A DNA stretch of 53,961 bases from an uncultured Burkholderiales bacterium (GTDB taxonomy: Bacteria > Pseudomonadota > Gammaproteobacteria > Burkholderiales > JALYOK01), in NCBI GenBank assembly GCA_964488915.1, contig CAZAWU010000004.1, forward strand, positions 1-53,961, read 5' to 3'. Shown piece after piece: positions 8,391 through 16,638 of this stretch (its first letter is position 1; every line of letters begins with the position of its first letter). Below the pieces are notes generated by a model. It had not been told where the DNA came from. It ran no database searches and saw nothing but the letters and a program-made list of their open reading frames with translations. Position numbers and translations under genes: made by a program.

Positions 8391-8579
8391 ATGATGTCAA
8401 AAACCCAGATAAAGCGGCTACGGCTCGCATTAGGACTTTCGCAGGCACAACTCGCGGCTGAGGTAGGCGTGCACTTCACGCTCGTTTCGTCGTGGGAGGC
8501 GGGGCGACGCAAACCGAGCGGCCCGGCACTGTTGCTTTTGAAGCAGATGGCTGAGCGACTGAAGGGGACGGCAGAATGA
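8391..8579 (+). CDS. Cro-like XRE HTH regulator
   Basis: IKRLRLALGLSQAQLAAEVGVHFTLVSSWEAGRRKP; first gene of rightward operon; no SD. Confidence 0.9.
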   Translation: MMSKTQIKRLRLALGLSQAQLAAEVGVHFTLVSSWEAGRRKPSGPALLLLKQMAERLKGTAE

Positions 8580-9025
8580 CAATACGGAACGGGTTTGTTT
8601 ATTTTGCCGCCATTGAAGGCGGTGGTCCCGTAAAGATCGGGCACACGCGCTGCGCTGCCCTGCGGCGCGAGCTTCTTCAAGTTTGGCTGCCGTATCAGAT
8701 TGACATATCTGCGAAAGGTCGGGGCAATCAGTACCACGAGCTAGCCGCACACTTTCTTTGCAGGGACCATCACATAAGGGGTGAGTGGTTCCGGCCGCAC
8801 TCACTGCTGGACGTTCTCATGGAAGAGACGCGGCGAACCGGGAAGCTTGCGCAGCGCATCTGTGACCTGGCCGAAGACCTTCGCAAACGTCACTACGCAG
8901 GAGACAAGGTTTTTGGTGCGTCTACAAAATACGCATGGCGAAACCGGCAAGGCGAGGCAAAACGCAAGCCGTCGCGCCCTGTAGAATTAGCGCTCAAGCG
9001 CATGGAAAAGGAAGTTGTGGCATGA
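8576..9025 (+). CDS. T5orf172/MUG113 (GIY-YIG-like) domain protein
   Basis: GFVYF...GPVKIGHT...E...H...HIRGEWF. Confidence 0.8.
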   Translation: MTIRNGFVYFAAIEGGGPVKIGHTRCAALRRELLQVWLPYQIDISAKGRGNQYHELAAHFLCRDHHIRGEWFRPHSLLDVLMEETRRTGKLAQRICDLAEDLRKRHYAGDKVFGASTKYAWRNRQGEAKRKPSRPVELALKRMEKEVVA

Positions 9026-9273
9026 CCGAACCACTCAACTACGGCAAGAGCCAGCTCACAGTGTGCGAGAGGGTAGGGCTATTGAACCAAATAGAGGCCC
9101 TTGACGACTGCCTTGCAGATGTGCGGGCGTTTCTTGAGCCGATTACGCTTGGCACCTATCGCGGCGCGTCGAATTTCGCAATCGCCGACATCGAGGGGTT
9201 CCGCGAACAGCAGCAGGCGGCAAAGAAGCTTCTCGCGGTGCTGAACGAGGGGGAATTACATGCAAGAAGCTAA
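9022..9273 (+). CDS. Hypothetical protein
   Basis: ATGA-coupled start at 9022. Confidence 0.6.
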   Translation: MTEPLNYGKSQLTVCERVGLLNQIEALDDCLADVRAFLEPITLGTYRGASNFAIADIEGFREQQQAAKKLLAVLNEGELHARS

Positions 9274-9445
9274 GAAATTAGACCACGATACGGTGATGGC
9301 GATAGTGGTCGACGCCCTAACCAGCCAACGCATTTGGAACGGCAAGCGGCTGACAACCAAAGAGTGGGCAGAAACTTACACGCGGTATTATTTTTCGGAG
9401 GAAATGGAACAGGAGCGCCGCGCTCGCGCCGAGGTGAAGTCGTGA
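9260..9445 (+). CDS. Hypothetical protein
   Basis: GAGGGG SD; in operon. Confidence 0.6.
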   Translation: MQEAKKLDHDTVMAIVVDALTSQRIWNGKRLTTKEWAETYTRYYFSEEMEQERRARAEVKS

Positions 9446-9762
9446 GCCTCTGGAACAAAAAGCCCGCCGCCTACACCACGATCCTAACCCGTCTCCAAAT
9501 CGTTGAGGCCGATCCCTCGTTAGGCGAGGGCCGGTGGTCGCGCGAGGAGGAAATTACCAATGACGTTTACAAGCTATTCAAAATCAACGCGCGCCCCGTC
9601 ACGGCGGCTGCGATCGATGCCGTGTTCGCGAAATCCAAATCTGACCCGCTATTCGGCAAGGGTGGACTTGATCGCACGGAAGAATTGGCGAACGAGTTGA
9701 CGAAGCTGTGGCGCACGGCGGAGCAGCCGTTGTTGCTGACGAAATCGAAGGAGACACCATGA
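9442..9762 (+). CDS. Hypothetical protein
   Basis: GTGA-coupled start with GAGGTG SD. Confidence 0.6.
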   Translation: MSLWNKKPAAYTTILTRLQIVEADPSLGEGRWSREEEITNDVYKLFKINARPVTAAAIDAVFAKSKSDPLFGKGGLDRTEELANELTKLWRTAEQPLLLTKSKETP

Positions 9763-10151
9763 GCCGGTCAGGATATTCCGACGACTGCGAGCACCTCGCG
9801 ATGTGGCGGGGGCAAGTGGCTAGCGCCATCCGCGGTAAGCGCGGACAGGCATTCTTGCGTGAGATGCTGGAAGCGCTTGATGCGTTGCCGGAAAAACGGT
9901 TGATCGCTGACAACCTCATCGACAGCGGCGGCGGTGTCTGCGCGATTGGCAGCGTTGGCCTGCGTCGCGGGGTCGATATGAGTACGCTTGATCCGCAGGA
10001 CCAAGAAACGATCGCGCACAAATTTGGCATCGCGCGCCAGCTCGCAGCGGAAATTGCATACGAGAACGATGAGGCCGGATGGAACGACACGCCGGAAAAG
10101 CGCTTCGAACGCGTTCGCGCGTGGGTGATTGATCAAATCAAGGAAGCGTAG
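9759..10151 (+). CDS. Hypothetical phage protein
   Basis: AAGGAG SD; MSRSGYSDD...ASAIRGKRGQAFLREMLEALDALPEKRLI. Confidence 0.75.
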   Translation: MSRSGYSDDCEHLAMWRGQVASAIRGKRGQAFLREMLEALDALPEKRLIADNLIDSGGGVCAIGSVGLRRGVDMSTLDPQDQETIAHKFGIARQLAAEIAYENDEAGWNDTPEKRFERVRAWVIDQIKEA

Positions 10152-10253
10152 CAGTTCGCATGCGTCTTCCCCCCATTGGCGCATGTGACGGGGCGGTGGG
10201 AGACGAGCAAATTGACCGCCGCCCCACCTCGGGGGAAGCAGAAGGGATGGAAT

Positions 10254-10454
10254 ATGAGCCGCGAGCCGCGATTGATTGAGATTGCATGCGAGGTGCTTCG
10301 TGAAACCGACAAAGCATTTCACATCAGCGATGGCGTGCGCGAGGGGTGGGTCCCTAAATCGCAGGTCGAACATCACCCGGGAGATGATCCCCGCAAACGG
10401 TCTAGCGTGATGGTCATGCCTGAGTGGTTAGCAAAGGACAAAGGCTTTATCTGA
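10254..10454 (+). CDS. Small hypothetical protein
   Basis: ETDKAF...WVPKSQV...MPEWLAKDKG pattern typical of small phage proteins. Confidence 0.65.
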   Translation: MSREPRLIEIACEVLRETDKAFHISDGVREGWVPKSQVEHHPGDDPRKRSSVMVMPEWLAKDKGFI

Positions 10455-10464
10455 GGGATGGAAC

Positions 10465-10872
10465 ATGACCACGAAAGCATGGCGTCGCTGGGCGCCGGGA
10501 GAAGTTGAAGACTTCATGCTGCTACTTTCAACCGGCCGATCATTTGCCGAGGTGTGCAAATCGTTCGGCCGGTCAGAGCAAGCGGCGCGCAAGCATCTGA
10601 CCGAGTGCGGCGCAATAAAAACCGTCGAGAGCCGTCTTGGTCGGCTTGCGTATCAGTTCGGCAAATCGGTCGCACCGCTGCCTGTGCCGCTGGCGTTGCC
10701 GGTGAGAGATGGCGACCCAGAGCCGAGTGGGCGTGAGGATGCTTGTCAATGGATCTACGGAACCACTGGCCGGGCGTTTTGTGGCCAACCTACGTTGCCA
10801 GGTTCAAGCTGGTGCGAGACGCACCGGGCACGTTGCTTTGTGAAGGCGAACGGACATGATCAAGCTCGTTAA
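10465..10872 (+). CDS. gcrA: GcrA-like cell-cycle regulator
   Basis: N-terminal HTH-like segment plus C-terminal CQWIYG...FCGQP...SSWCETH, the GcrA-type Cys motif. Confidence 0.7.
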   Translation: MTTKAWRRWAPGEVEDFMLLLSTGRSFAEVCKSFGRSEQAARKHLTECGAIKTVESRLGRLAYQFGKSVAPLPVPLALPVRDGDPEPSGREDACQWIYGTTGRAFCGQPTLPGSSWCETHRARCFVKANGHDQAR

Positions 10873-11203
10873 CCTCGCAACCCCGCCCGCCCTGAACAAC
10901 TTGTTCTTCAACGTCGCCGGCAAGGGGCGCGTGAAGAGTGACCGCTATCGCACGTGGCGCAACGCCGTCACGTGGGAAGTTACGGCACAGAAGCCTAAGT
11001 CGATCAGCGGCCCAGTCGCGCTGTCGATCACGATTGAGGATGGTGCGAGCCGTGCTGATCTCGATGGTTTGGCGAAAGCGCCGATCGACATGCTCGTTGA
11101 TCTCGGCATCATAGACGGCGACGGGCCTAAGGTTGTGCGCTCGATCAAGCTGCAGTGGGGTGCGGGGCCGGGGATGACGGTTGAGGTGAGGGCTGCGACG
11201 TGA
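10856..11203 (+). CDS. rusA: RusA-like Holliday junction resolvase
   Basis: PPALNN...RADLDGLAKAPIDMLVDLGIIDGD. Confidence 0.8.
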   Translation: MIKLVNLATPPALNNLFFNVAGKGRVKSDRYRTWRNAVTWEVTAQKPKSISGPVALSITIEDGASRADLDGLAKAPIDMLVDLGIIDGDGPKVVRSIKLQWGAGPGMTVEVRAAT

Positions 11204-11517
11204 GCGAACACGTAACGCATGAGTTTCTTGAGAAACTGTCCCGCGAGTTGGTGGACAGAGGCAAGTTGATCGAAGCGGGGTGGGTTGGGCTGCGGATCGC
11301 GGCCGTGTCACCTAACGCGCCTCAAATCCAAATTGATGAGATGCGCAATGCTTTCATGGCCGGCGCTCAGCACCTATTTTCAAGCATCATGACGATCTTA
11401 GAGCCTGGAGCGGAGCCAACCGACAAGGACCTTGATCGCATGTCGCTTATCGCGAGCGAGCTTGATGAGTTCATAACCACTTTCAAACTGCGGATCAAAA
11501 CGGAGGGTCGCGCATGA
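11200..11517 (+). CDS. Hypothetical protein
   Basis: Coupled overlaps; EMRNAFMAGAQHLF. Confidence 0.7.
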   Translation: MSEHVTHEFLEKLSRELVDRGKLIEAGWVGLRIAAVSPNAPQIQIDEMRNAFMAGAQHLFSSIMTILEPGAEPTDKDLDRMSLIASELDEFITTFKLRIKTEGRA

Positions 11518-11813
11518 CCACGATCAACGAGTGCAGCACTTATCGCCCGACAGTATGGCAACGCCTTGGCTTTGGATATGCCTACACACCGACGCAAGAT
11601 GATGAAGACTTCCCAGAGCCTGAATGGGCGCCAGGCGTTTTTCTCACGGAGACATTCGTGCACCTTGATTTGATCGACCGGATCAGGGTGCTTGTGAGCG
11701 GCAAGCTGCACGTGCAGACGCGCAGCAAGACCGATTGCGCGGTGAACAGAGCTTCGACCGTAAGCGCCGCTAAGGTGTTGCCGCCAACATTCGTATTCAC
11801 GCCACCACAATGA
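11514..11813 (+). CDS. Hypothetical protein
   Basis: GGAGG SD, ATGA overlap. Confidence 0.65.
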   Translation: MTTINECSTYRPTVWQRLGFGYAYTPTQDDEDFPEPEWAPGVFLTETFVHLDLIDRIRVLVSGKLHVQTRSKTDCAVNRASTVSAAKVLPPTFVFTPPQ

Positions 11814-12013
11814 CCGGCGCCCGTCTCGCCCGCCTAAAGCGCAAGCTCGACCGGTGGTTCTGGGCGCGTCACAAGCTGCTATTGAGTCGTGTTCCGTATC
11901 GCTACGTATGGGACAGCGGCCGCGTGTTCGACGATCTCGAGCAGCGTGCGCTTGATGACGACGAGGTGTTGGAATTGCCTTGGCTGGATCTGTGGGAGGA
12001 GAGAATTGCGTAA
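11810..12013 (+). CDS. Hypothetical protein
   Basis: ATGA overlap. Confidence 0.55.
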   Translation: MTGARLARLKRKLDRWFWARHKLLLSRVPYRYVWDSGRVFDDLEQRALDDDEVLELPWLDLWEERIA

Positions 12014-12422
12014 GATTGTGCCAGCAGCGCTTGAGCGTTGTCGCGTTCGCACGGGACCAAACGCAACCGATCCGTCATGGGGATTTGTTGGCGCGTTCAT
12101 CTTTCACCCGGAGCGCGGTGAGAAGACGGAGCTGCGTGTGATTGCGAGCGATGGGCGGGACGAGCACGGGCGCGTTTACGAAGATTTGGGCGGGTGGGAG
12201 CACGTGAGTGTGTCGACGGCGACGCGCTGTCCAACTTGGGATGAGATGTGTCGCATCAAGGATTTGTTTTGGACCGAGGACGAGGCTGTGCTGCAATTTC
12301 ATCCGCCTAAGTCAGAGTACGTCAACAATCATCAGTTCTGCCTGCACCTTTGGAAGCCGCCTTATCCTGTTGTGTTGCCGCCAAGCATTCTGGTTGGGAT
12401 CAAAGGGGTTGAAATTGCGTGA
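12006..12422 (+). CDS. Conserved phage protein (WEHVSVS...PTWDEM motif)
   Basis: GWEHVSVS...RCPTWDEMCRIKDLFW...HPPKSEYVNNH..CLHLW; TTG start with GGAGGAG SD. Confidence 0.8.
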   Translation: MRKIVPAALERCRVRTGPNATDPSWGFVGAFIFHPERGEKTELRVIASDGRDEHGRVYEDLGGWEHVSVSTATRCPTWDEMCRIKDLFWTEDEAVLQFHPPKSEYVNNHQFCLHLWKPPYPVVLPPSILVGIKGVEIA

Positions 12423-12642
12423 CGCTCAGAAAACTCCGCAACCAATACCGCAAGATAGCGCGGACGAACTACCGCACGGCAAAACGGCTGCGGTGGCAGG
12501 CCAGGCGTATTACGTCCAATGGTGCCGTGGCGACGAAATCGAGCAACGCATCGCGCTCGGGTGGTCCGTCGCGCAACATCAACCTTGTCACCACAACGAA
12601 TATGCACTCTTGATGCGTGCGCCTGAGGGATGGGAGCCATGA
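12415..12642 (+). CDS. Small hypothetical protein
   Basis: TTG start after AAAGGGG; stop overlaps methyltransferase ATG; preferred over the 12419-12613 frame. Confidence 0.5.
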   Translation: MRDAQKTPQPIPQDSADELPHGKTAAVAGQAYYVQWCRGDEIEQRIALGWSVAQHQPCHHNEYALLMRAPEGWEP

Positions 12643-13436
12643 CGTGGCGCGAGGAGATAATCGGAGATGCGCGGCTGATTCTTGGCGATTGCCGGGAGAT
12701 ACTTCCGACGCTCAAAGCCGAGTCGGTCGATATGGTTTGGACCGACCCGCCCTATGGACACTCAAACCATGACGGCGACTTCAACGCGCGGCTGAATGAG
12801 CATCGCGGCATTGAAGGGCAGCCGATCGCGAACGATGACGCGGACTCGATGCGCGAAGTGGTCGACGCTGCCCTTTCCGAAGCCGCACGCACCCTAAAGG
12901 CTGACTGCTGCTGCTGCTGCTGCTGCTGCGGCGGCGGCCCGCGCCCGACCTTTGCGTGGCTTGCTCAGCGCATGGACCGCGCGGGCCTAGAATTCTTTCA
13001 CTCCGTGATTTGGGACAAGTCTAACCCAGGGCTTGGTTGGCGTTACCGCCGCCAATACGAGATGGTCATGGTCGCGCACCGCTCTGGCGGCAAGCTGCTA
13101 TGGTCTGACCAGGATCGCGCCGTGCCCAATATCTACAAGCTCTTGCCGCCTCGGGACCGCGAGCATCCGAACGAAAAGCCGCACCCGCTTGTCGAATGGT
13201 TCGTGGAAAACCACTCGACCGAAGGCCAGTCCATCCTCGACCCATTCATGGGCTCCGGCACTACTGGCGTAGCTTGTGCGAAGTTGGGACGGAAATTCAT
13301 CGGGATCGAGATTGAAGAGAAATATTTTAACATAGCGTGCCGGAGGATAGATGAAGCCTACCGCCAGCCCAGGCTATTCGCGGACGCGCCGCCAAAGCCG
13401 GTGCAGCACAAGCTGTTCGACGACGCCGCTGAATAA
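12639..13436 (+). CDS. Orphan N6-adenine/N4-cytosine DNA methyltransferase, beta class
   Basis: DPPY (motif IV) precedes HPNEKP and DPFMGSGTTG (motif I); no cognate restriction gene recognised. Confidence 0.92.
   Translation: MTWREEIIGDARLILGDCREILPTLKAESVDMVWTDPPYGHSNHDGDFNARLNEHRGIEGQPIANDDADSMREVVDAALSEAARTLKADCCCCCCCCGGGPRPTFAWLAQRMDRAGLEFFHSVIWDKSNPGLGWRYRRQYEMVMVAHRSGGKLLWSDQDRAVPNIYKLLPPRDREHPNEKPHPLVEWFVENHSTEGQSILDPFMGSGTTGVACAKLGRKFIGIEIEEKYFNIACRRIDEAYRQPRLFADAPPKPVQHKLFDDAAE
12906..12938 (+). repeat. (TGC)8(GGC)3 trinucleotide tract encoding Cys8-Gly3
   Basis: Read directly from sequence. Confidence 0.95.
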
Positions 13437-13578
13437 TTTGGGGACAGCACGGAAACCACAATCCCGCAGCGCGTGTGCGTGGTAAGGTCAGTTCGCCGGG
13501 ACAGGGTTCGCTACCTTGCTCCGATCCTCCCTGAGGAGCTTACCGGCGCAAGTTTTGCCCTGGGAGGGGCTAAGTTTA

Positions 13579-14121
13579 ATGGAATTTCTGAAGCTTTGCG
13601 AGAGCCCGATAGAGGAGCGTCTGGGCTTTGCCTTGGCGTTCGCGTCCTGGCCTGGACTGGCGTCCGACAGCATCACGCGCCAACACGATTTCCACCAAAT
13701 CGGCTCGTTGCTTGGCAGCGTTCTCCGCGCAATTGAGTTTGGTAACGGTTTGACGGGAAACGACATTCTTGAGCCGGTCGTCGAAAGACGGTTGGATAGG
13801 CTCATAGGCACCGTTCGGATCGTGCCGCAAGTAACTTTGCTACGATATCGCGTCGACTTCCTGGTTGCCGCACGGCTGATGGTGGTCAACCGCGATGTGA
13901 CTTGGTTGATTGTTGAGTGCGACGGGGCAGAGTTCCACACAAGCGCCGCACAGCGCGAACGGGACCGCCAGCGCGATTTTGAGATACAGGCCAAGCTCGG
14001 CATCCCCACAATGCGGTTCACGGGTAGCGACATCTACCGTCAAGAAAAGCGCTGCGCCGAGGCGGTTGTCGACACCATGTTGCGGCTGCACATAGCCTCT
14101 TACGAGAGGGTGGCAGCGTGA
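13579..14121 (+). CDS. DUF559/Vsr-like endonuclease
   Basis: ESPIE...YRVDFL...IVECDGAEFH...RDRQRD...RFTGSDI. Confidence 0.85.
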   Translation: MEFLKLCESPIEERLGFALAFASWPGLASDSITRQHDFHQIGSLLGSVLRAIEFGNGLTGNDILEPVVERRLDRLIGTVRIVPQVTLLRYRVDFLVAARLMVVNRDVTWLIVECDGAEFHTSAAQRERDRQRDFEIQAKLGIPTMRFTGSDIYRQEKRCAEAVVDTMLRLHIASYERVAA

Positions 14122-14882
14122 GCGACCGACCAGACAATTACTTCACGATGTTCACTGGAGATTACCTCCGAGACACCATGCACCTAACCACGCGCCAGCA
14201 CGGCGCGTACCTGCTGCTGTTGATGCACTGCTATGGCACCGGCAAGCCACTTCCAGTGAATGATGAAGTTCTGCGGACCATCGCGCGGGAGGGTGGCGCA
14301 GAGTGGAAGGTTGATGGACCCGTCGTCATGAAATTTTTCGATATGGAAGAGGACGGTTGGCACCAACGACGCGTCGATAAAGAAATCGCCAGCGCGCAAA
14401 TCCGGTACGATCGAGCGGTGAAGGGAGCACAAGCCAAGCACCGCAACAAGCAGGCTTCAAGCAAGCCGCAAGCAAGCCGCAAGCACGTGCTTAATGATCA
14501 ACAAGCACCTGCAAACCCTAACCCTACTGCTACGCAGGAAGTAAGTCCTTCGGAACTTACTTCCTGCGATAGCAGCGCGCGACCGGCGTCGCGGCGCGTG
14601 AAAACCGCGCCGCCAGTCGCGCTTGAGGTTCCGCCAGGCTGGGAGCAAAAAAGCGAGAAATGGGCAGACTTCCGTTCAAAACTGAGTGATGGCGAGTGGC
14701 GAGCTTGGTTTGCCAAAGCCAGGCTAAACGGCTCGGAACTGAGCCTTTTGCTCGACAGCGAATTTGCGAAGGACCAAGTGCTTTACCGCTACGGAAGGGC
14801 GCTTGAGGAGCACTTCGGGCGGCGCGTCTCGCTGACTTTCGACCCAGCGGCTTACCAAGCAGCACTGGATAAAAACCCATGA
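14118..14882 (+). CDS. Replication initiator-like protein (DUF1376/YdaU N-terminus)
   Basis: FTGDYLRDTMHLTTRQHGAYLLLLMH...GWHQRRVDKE; central low-complexity linker. Confidence 0.8.
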   Translation: MSDRPDNYFTMFTGDYLRDTMHLTTRQHGAYLLLLMHCYGTGKPLPVNDEVLRTIAREGGAEWKVDGPVVMKFFDMEEDGWHQRRVDKEIASAQIRYDRAVKGAQAKHRNKQASSKPQASRKHVLNDQQAPANPNPTATQEVSPSELTSCDSSARPASRRVKTAPPVALEVPPGWEQKSEKWADFRSKLSDGEWRAWFAKARLNGSELSLLLDSEFAKDQVLYRYGRALEEHFGRRVSLTFDPAAYQAALDKNP

Positions 14883-15226
14883 CCAAACGCATCCCCAAAC
14901 TCAAATTTACACAGGACAAGCGTGGTTTATGGCGCTGGTCTCTGATCGCAGCCAACGGCAAGTGCCTCGCGGACAGTGGCGAGGGGTACGCAACGCGGGC
15001 AAAGGTTGAGAGGGGTGCTTACGCCACGCTCGTGGCCGTGCAGCGGGCTTGGCCACCCTTTTACGTGTGGGCAAGCCAAAGACGCCAAAGCCAGCCAGCG
15101 GCAAACGTCGTCAATCCTCGAAGAGGTGAGTTATGGGAAATCGAGAGGATCAAGTGCGCGCCATCGCTGGAACCATCGGCCAGCTTTTGCGGCATCTTCG
15201 TGACTTCGGGTACAGCGACAATGTGA
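14879..15226 (+). CDS. DUF1508/YegP-like protein
   Basis: DKRGLWRWSLIAANGKCLADSGEGY. Confidence 0.75.
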   Translation: MTKRIPKLKFTQDKRGLWRWSLIAANGKCLADSGEGYATRAKVERGAYATLVAVQRAWPPFYVWASQRRQSQPAANVVNPRRGELWEIERIKCAPSLEPSASFCGIFVTSGTATM

Positions 15227-15345
15227 TCCTTGAGGGGCTAGCAAAGGCAAGTTTCGAGCCACCGCCAAGACCAACTCGGGCTGAGATTGAATCGTTTTTG
15301 GCGCAAGCGCGCCTTATCCACATGGAACCGCAAGGGAGCGCCTAA
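15133..15345 (+). CDS. Hypothetical protein
   Basis: GAGGTG SD before ATG. Confidence 0.55.
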   Translation: MGNREDQVRAIAGTIGQLLRHLRDFGYSDNVILEGLAKASFEPPPRPTRAEIESFLAQARLIHMEPQGSA

Positions 15346-15346
15346 C

Positions 15347-15868
15347 ATGGGGCAGGGGACAATCTACGCCATCATAGAGCAAATCCATCCCACGCAAGAG
15401 CGCGTAAGCAAATCAACAGCTTACGATCCCGGCGATCCATTCAATTCCTCAGAGGAACACCGGCGATCGGCACGCCTATGCACACCGTGGGACCTGTATG
15501 CCAAGCCCGACAAGAACGGCCACGCACCGCTTGAGGGTCATCAAATCCAAGCCGGCAACCAATACAGCACCGATTACAACAAAGCCGGATACGGACGCGT
15601 AGGCGCGCACAGCTACGAGCCCGCAGTCGACAACGGACGCCACGACGAACCAACATGGGTATGGGACGCACGCGACCGCATTGCCAAAGCCCAACGCGCC
15701 CTTCGCCAACACGAGATAGAGCTTCTGGACTGGGTTCTCTTTCACGGCAAAGCAGCAAAAGACTGGGCACGCCACACCGGCCGGCACTCACGCGGCGGGC
15801 TCGACTATCTCAGGGACGCCTTGGACACAATCGCACCAATTTGGCATTTGGCCCCACGAAAACGGTAA
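15347..15868 (+). CDS. Putative late-transcription regulator (Q-position)
   Basis: Last early gene before packaging; C-terminal HTH-like ARDRIAKAQRAL...GLDYLRDALDTIA. Confidence 0.5.
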   Translation: MGQGTIYAIIEQIHPTQERVSKSTAYDPGDPFNSSEEHRRSARLCTPWDLYAKPDKNGHAPLEGHQIQAGNQYSTDYNKAGYGRVGAHSYEPAVDNGRHDEPTWVWDARDRIAKAQRALRQHEIELLDWVLFHGKAAKDWARHTGRHSRGGLDYLRDALDTIAPIWHLAPRKR

Positions 15869-15876
15869 GCGTGGTC

Positions 15877-15904
15877 TTGACGTGATCAAGGTTTGTGGTA
15901 CCAA
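15877..15904 (+). promoter_or_regulatory. Candidate late promoter
   Basis: TTGACG, 16 nt, then TG-extended TACCAA, directly after the Q-position gene. Confidence 0.4.
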
Positions 15905-16052
15905 CTCAGCAAGTTGCCGCTGCTCGCACTCGTTGCAGCATGACGATAAGCCGGTGACTTGGGCGGATGTATCAAAAACTGCAGCGCGAGCCGCGCGGTT
16001 CTGTATTCCGCCCTACCGTCAATCAACTTTTGATCACCAACAGGAACACCCA

Positions 16053-16085
16053 ATGGCCAAGAAGAAAAAGGGCAAGGGCTGTTAA
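16053..16085 (+). CDS. 10-aa basic micropeptide MAKKKKGKGC
   Basis: AGGA SD 7 nt before ATG; stop 12 nt before terS. Confidence 0.45.
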   Translation: MAKKKKGKGC

Positions 16086-16097
16086 TCAGCTTGTAAC

Positions 16098-16571
16098 ATG
16101 AGCGCAGGACGCCCCTCCGATTACACGCCAGAGCTAGCGGAAAAAATACTTACGCGCCTGGCAGACGGTGAAAGCCTCAATAGCATCTGCAAAAGCGAAG
16201 GCATCCCATCGCGCGTAACTGTGTACTCATGGCTGCTGAAAAACGACGATTTTCTTAACAAGTATCGCGCTGCACGCGAGCAACAGGCCGATAGCTTGGC
16301 CGATGACACGCTCGCGATTGCGGACGTTGCAACGCCAGAAAACTGGACAGTTGCGCGGTTGCAGGTGCAGGTAAGGCAGTGGGCTGCGGCCAAGATGGCT
16401 CCGCGGAAATACGGCGAGCGGCTCGACCAATACATCAAGCAAGACACAACGTTTCGAACGGTCTCGGACAAACCCGAGGACACCCCAGAAGCGAGAGACG
16501 CATGGAACAAGACGCACGGAAATGGCCATTTGAACGGCCATGCCAACGGGAAAACGAACGGTCACGGGTAA
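16098..16571 (+). CDS. terS: Terminase small subunit (Sf6-like)
   Basis: GRPSDYTPELAEKILTRLADGESLNSICK...PSRVTVYSWL...KMAPRKYG. Confidence 0.92.
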   Translation: MSAGRPSDYTPELAEKILTRLADGESLNSICKSEGIPSRVTVYSWLLKNDDFLNKYRAAREQQADSLADDTLAIADVATPENWTVARLQVQVRQWAAAKMAPRKYGERLDQYIKQDTTFRTVSDKPEDTPEARDAWNKTHGNGHLNGHANGKTNGHG

Positions 16572-16638
16572 TATTCTTGCGCGTGGTTGAAATGCCGTCG
16601 AGCGAGAAACCTGCGATTTTGAAATAATGTTGCGCGCC

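Noticed and set aside
12419-12613. ORF MTLRKLRNQ...
   Set aside because: The overlapping 12415-12642 frame has a better SD and couples to the methyltransferase start; low certainty either way.
12906-12938. TGC tract as an on/off phase-variation switch
   Set aside because: Triplet slippage keeps the reading frame.
15882-16052. 67-aa ORF upstream of terS as a full gene
   Set aside because: Start overlaps the predicted -35, has no SD and crosses a structured leader; only the last 10 codons have an SD.
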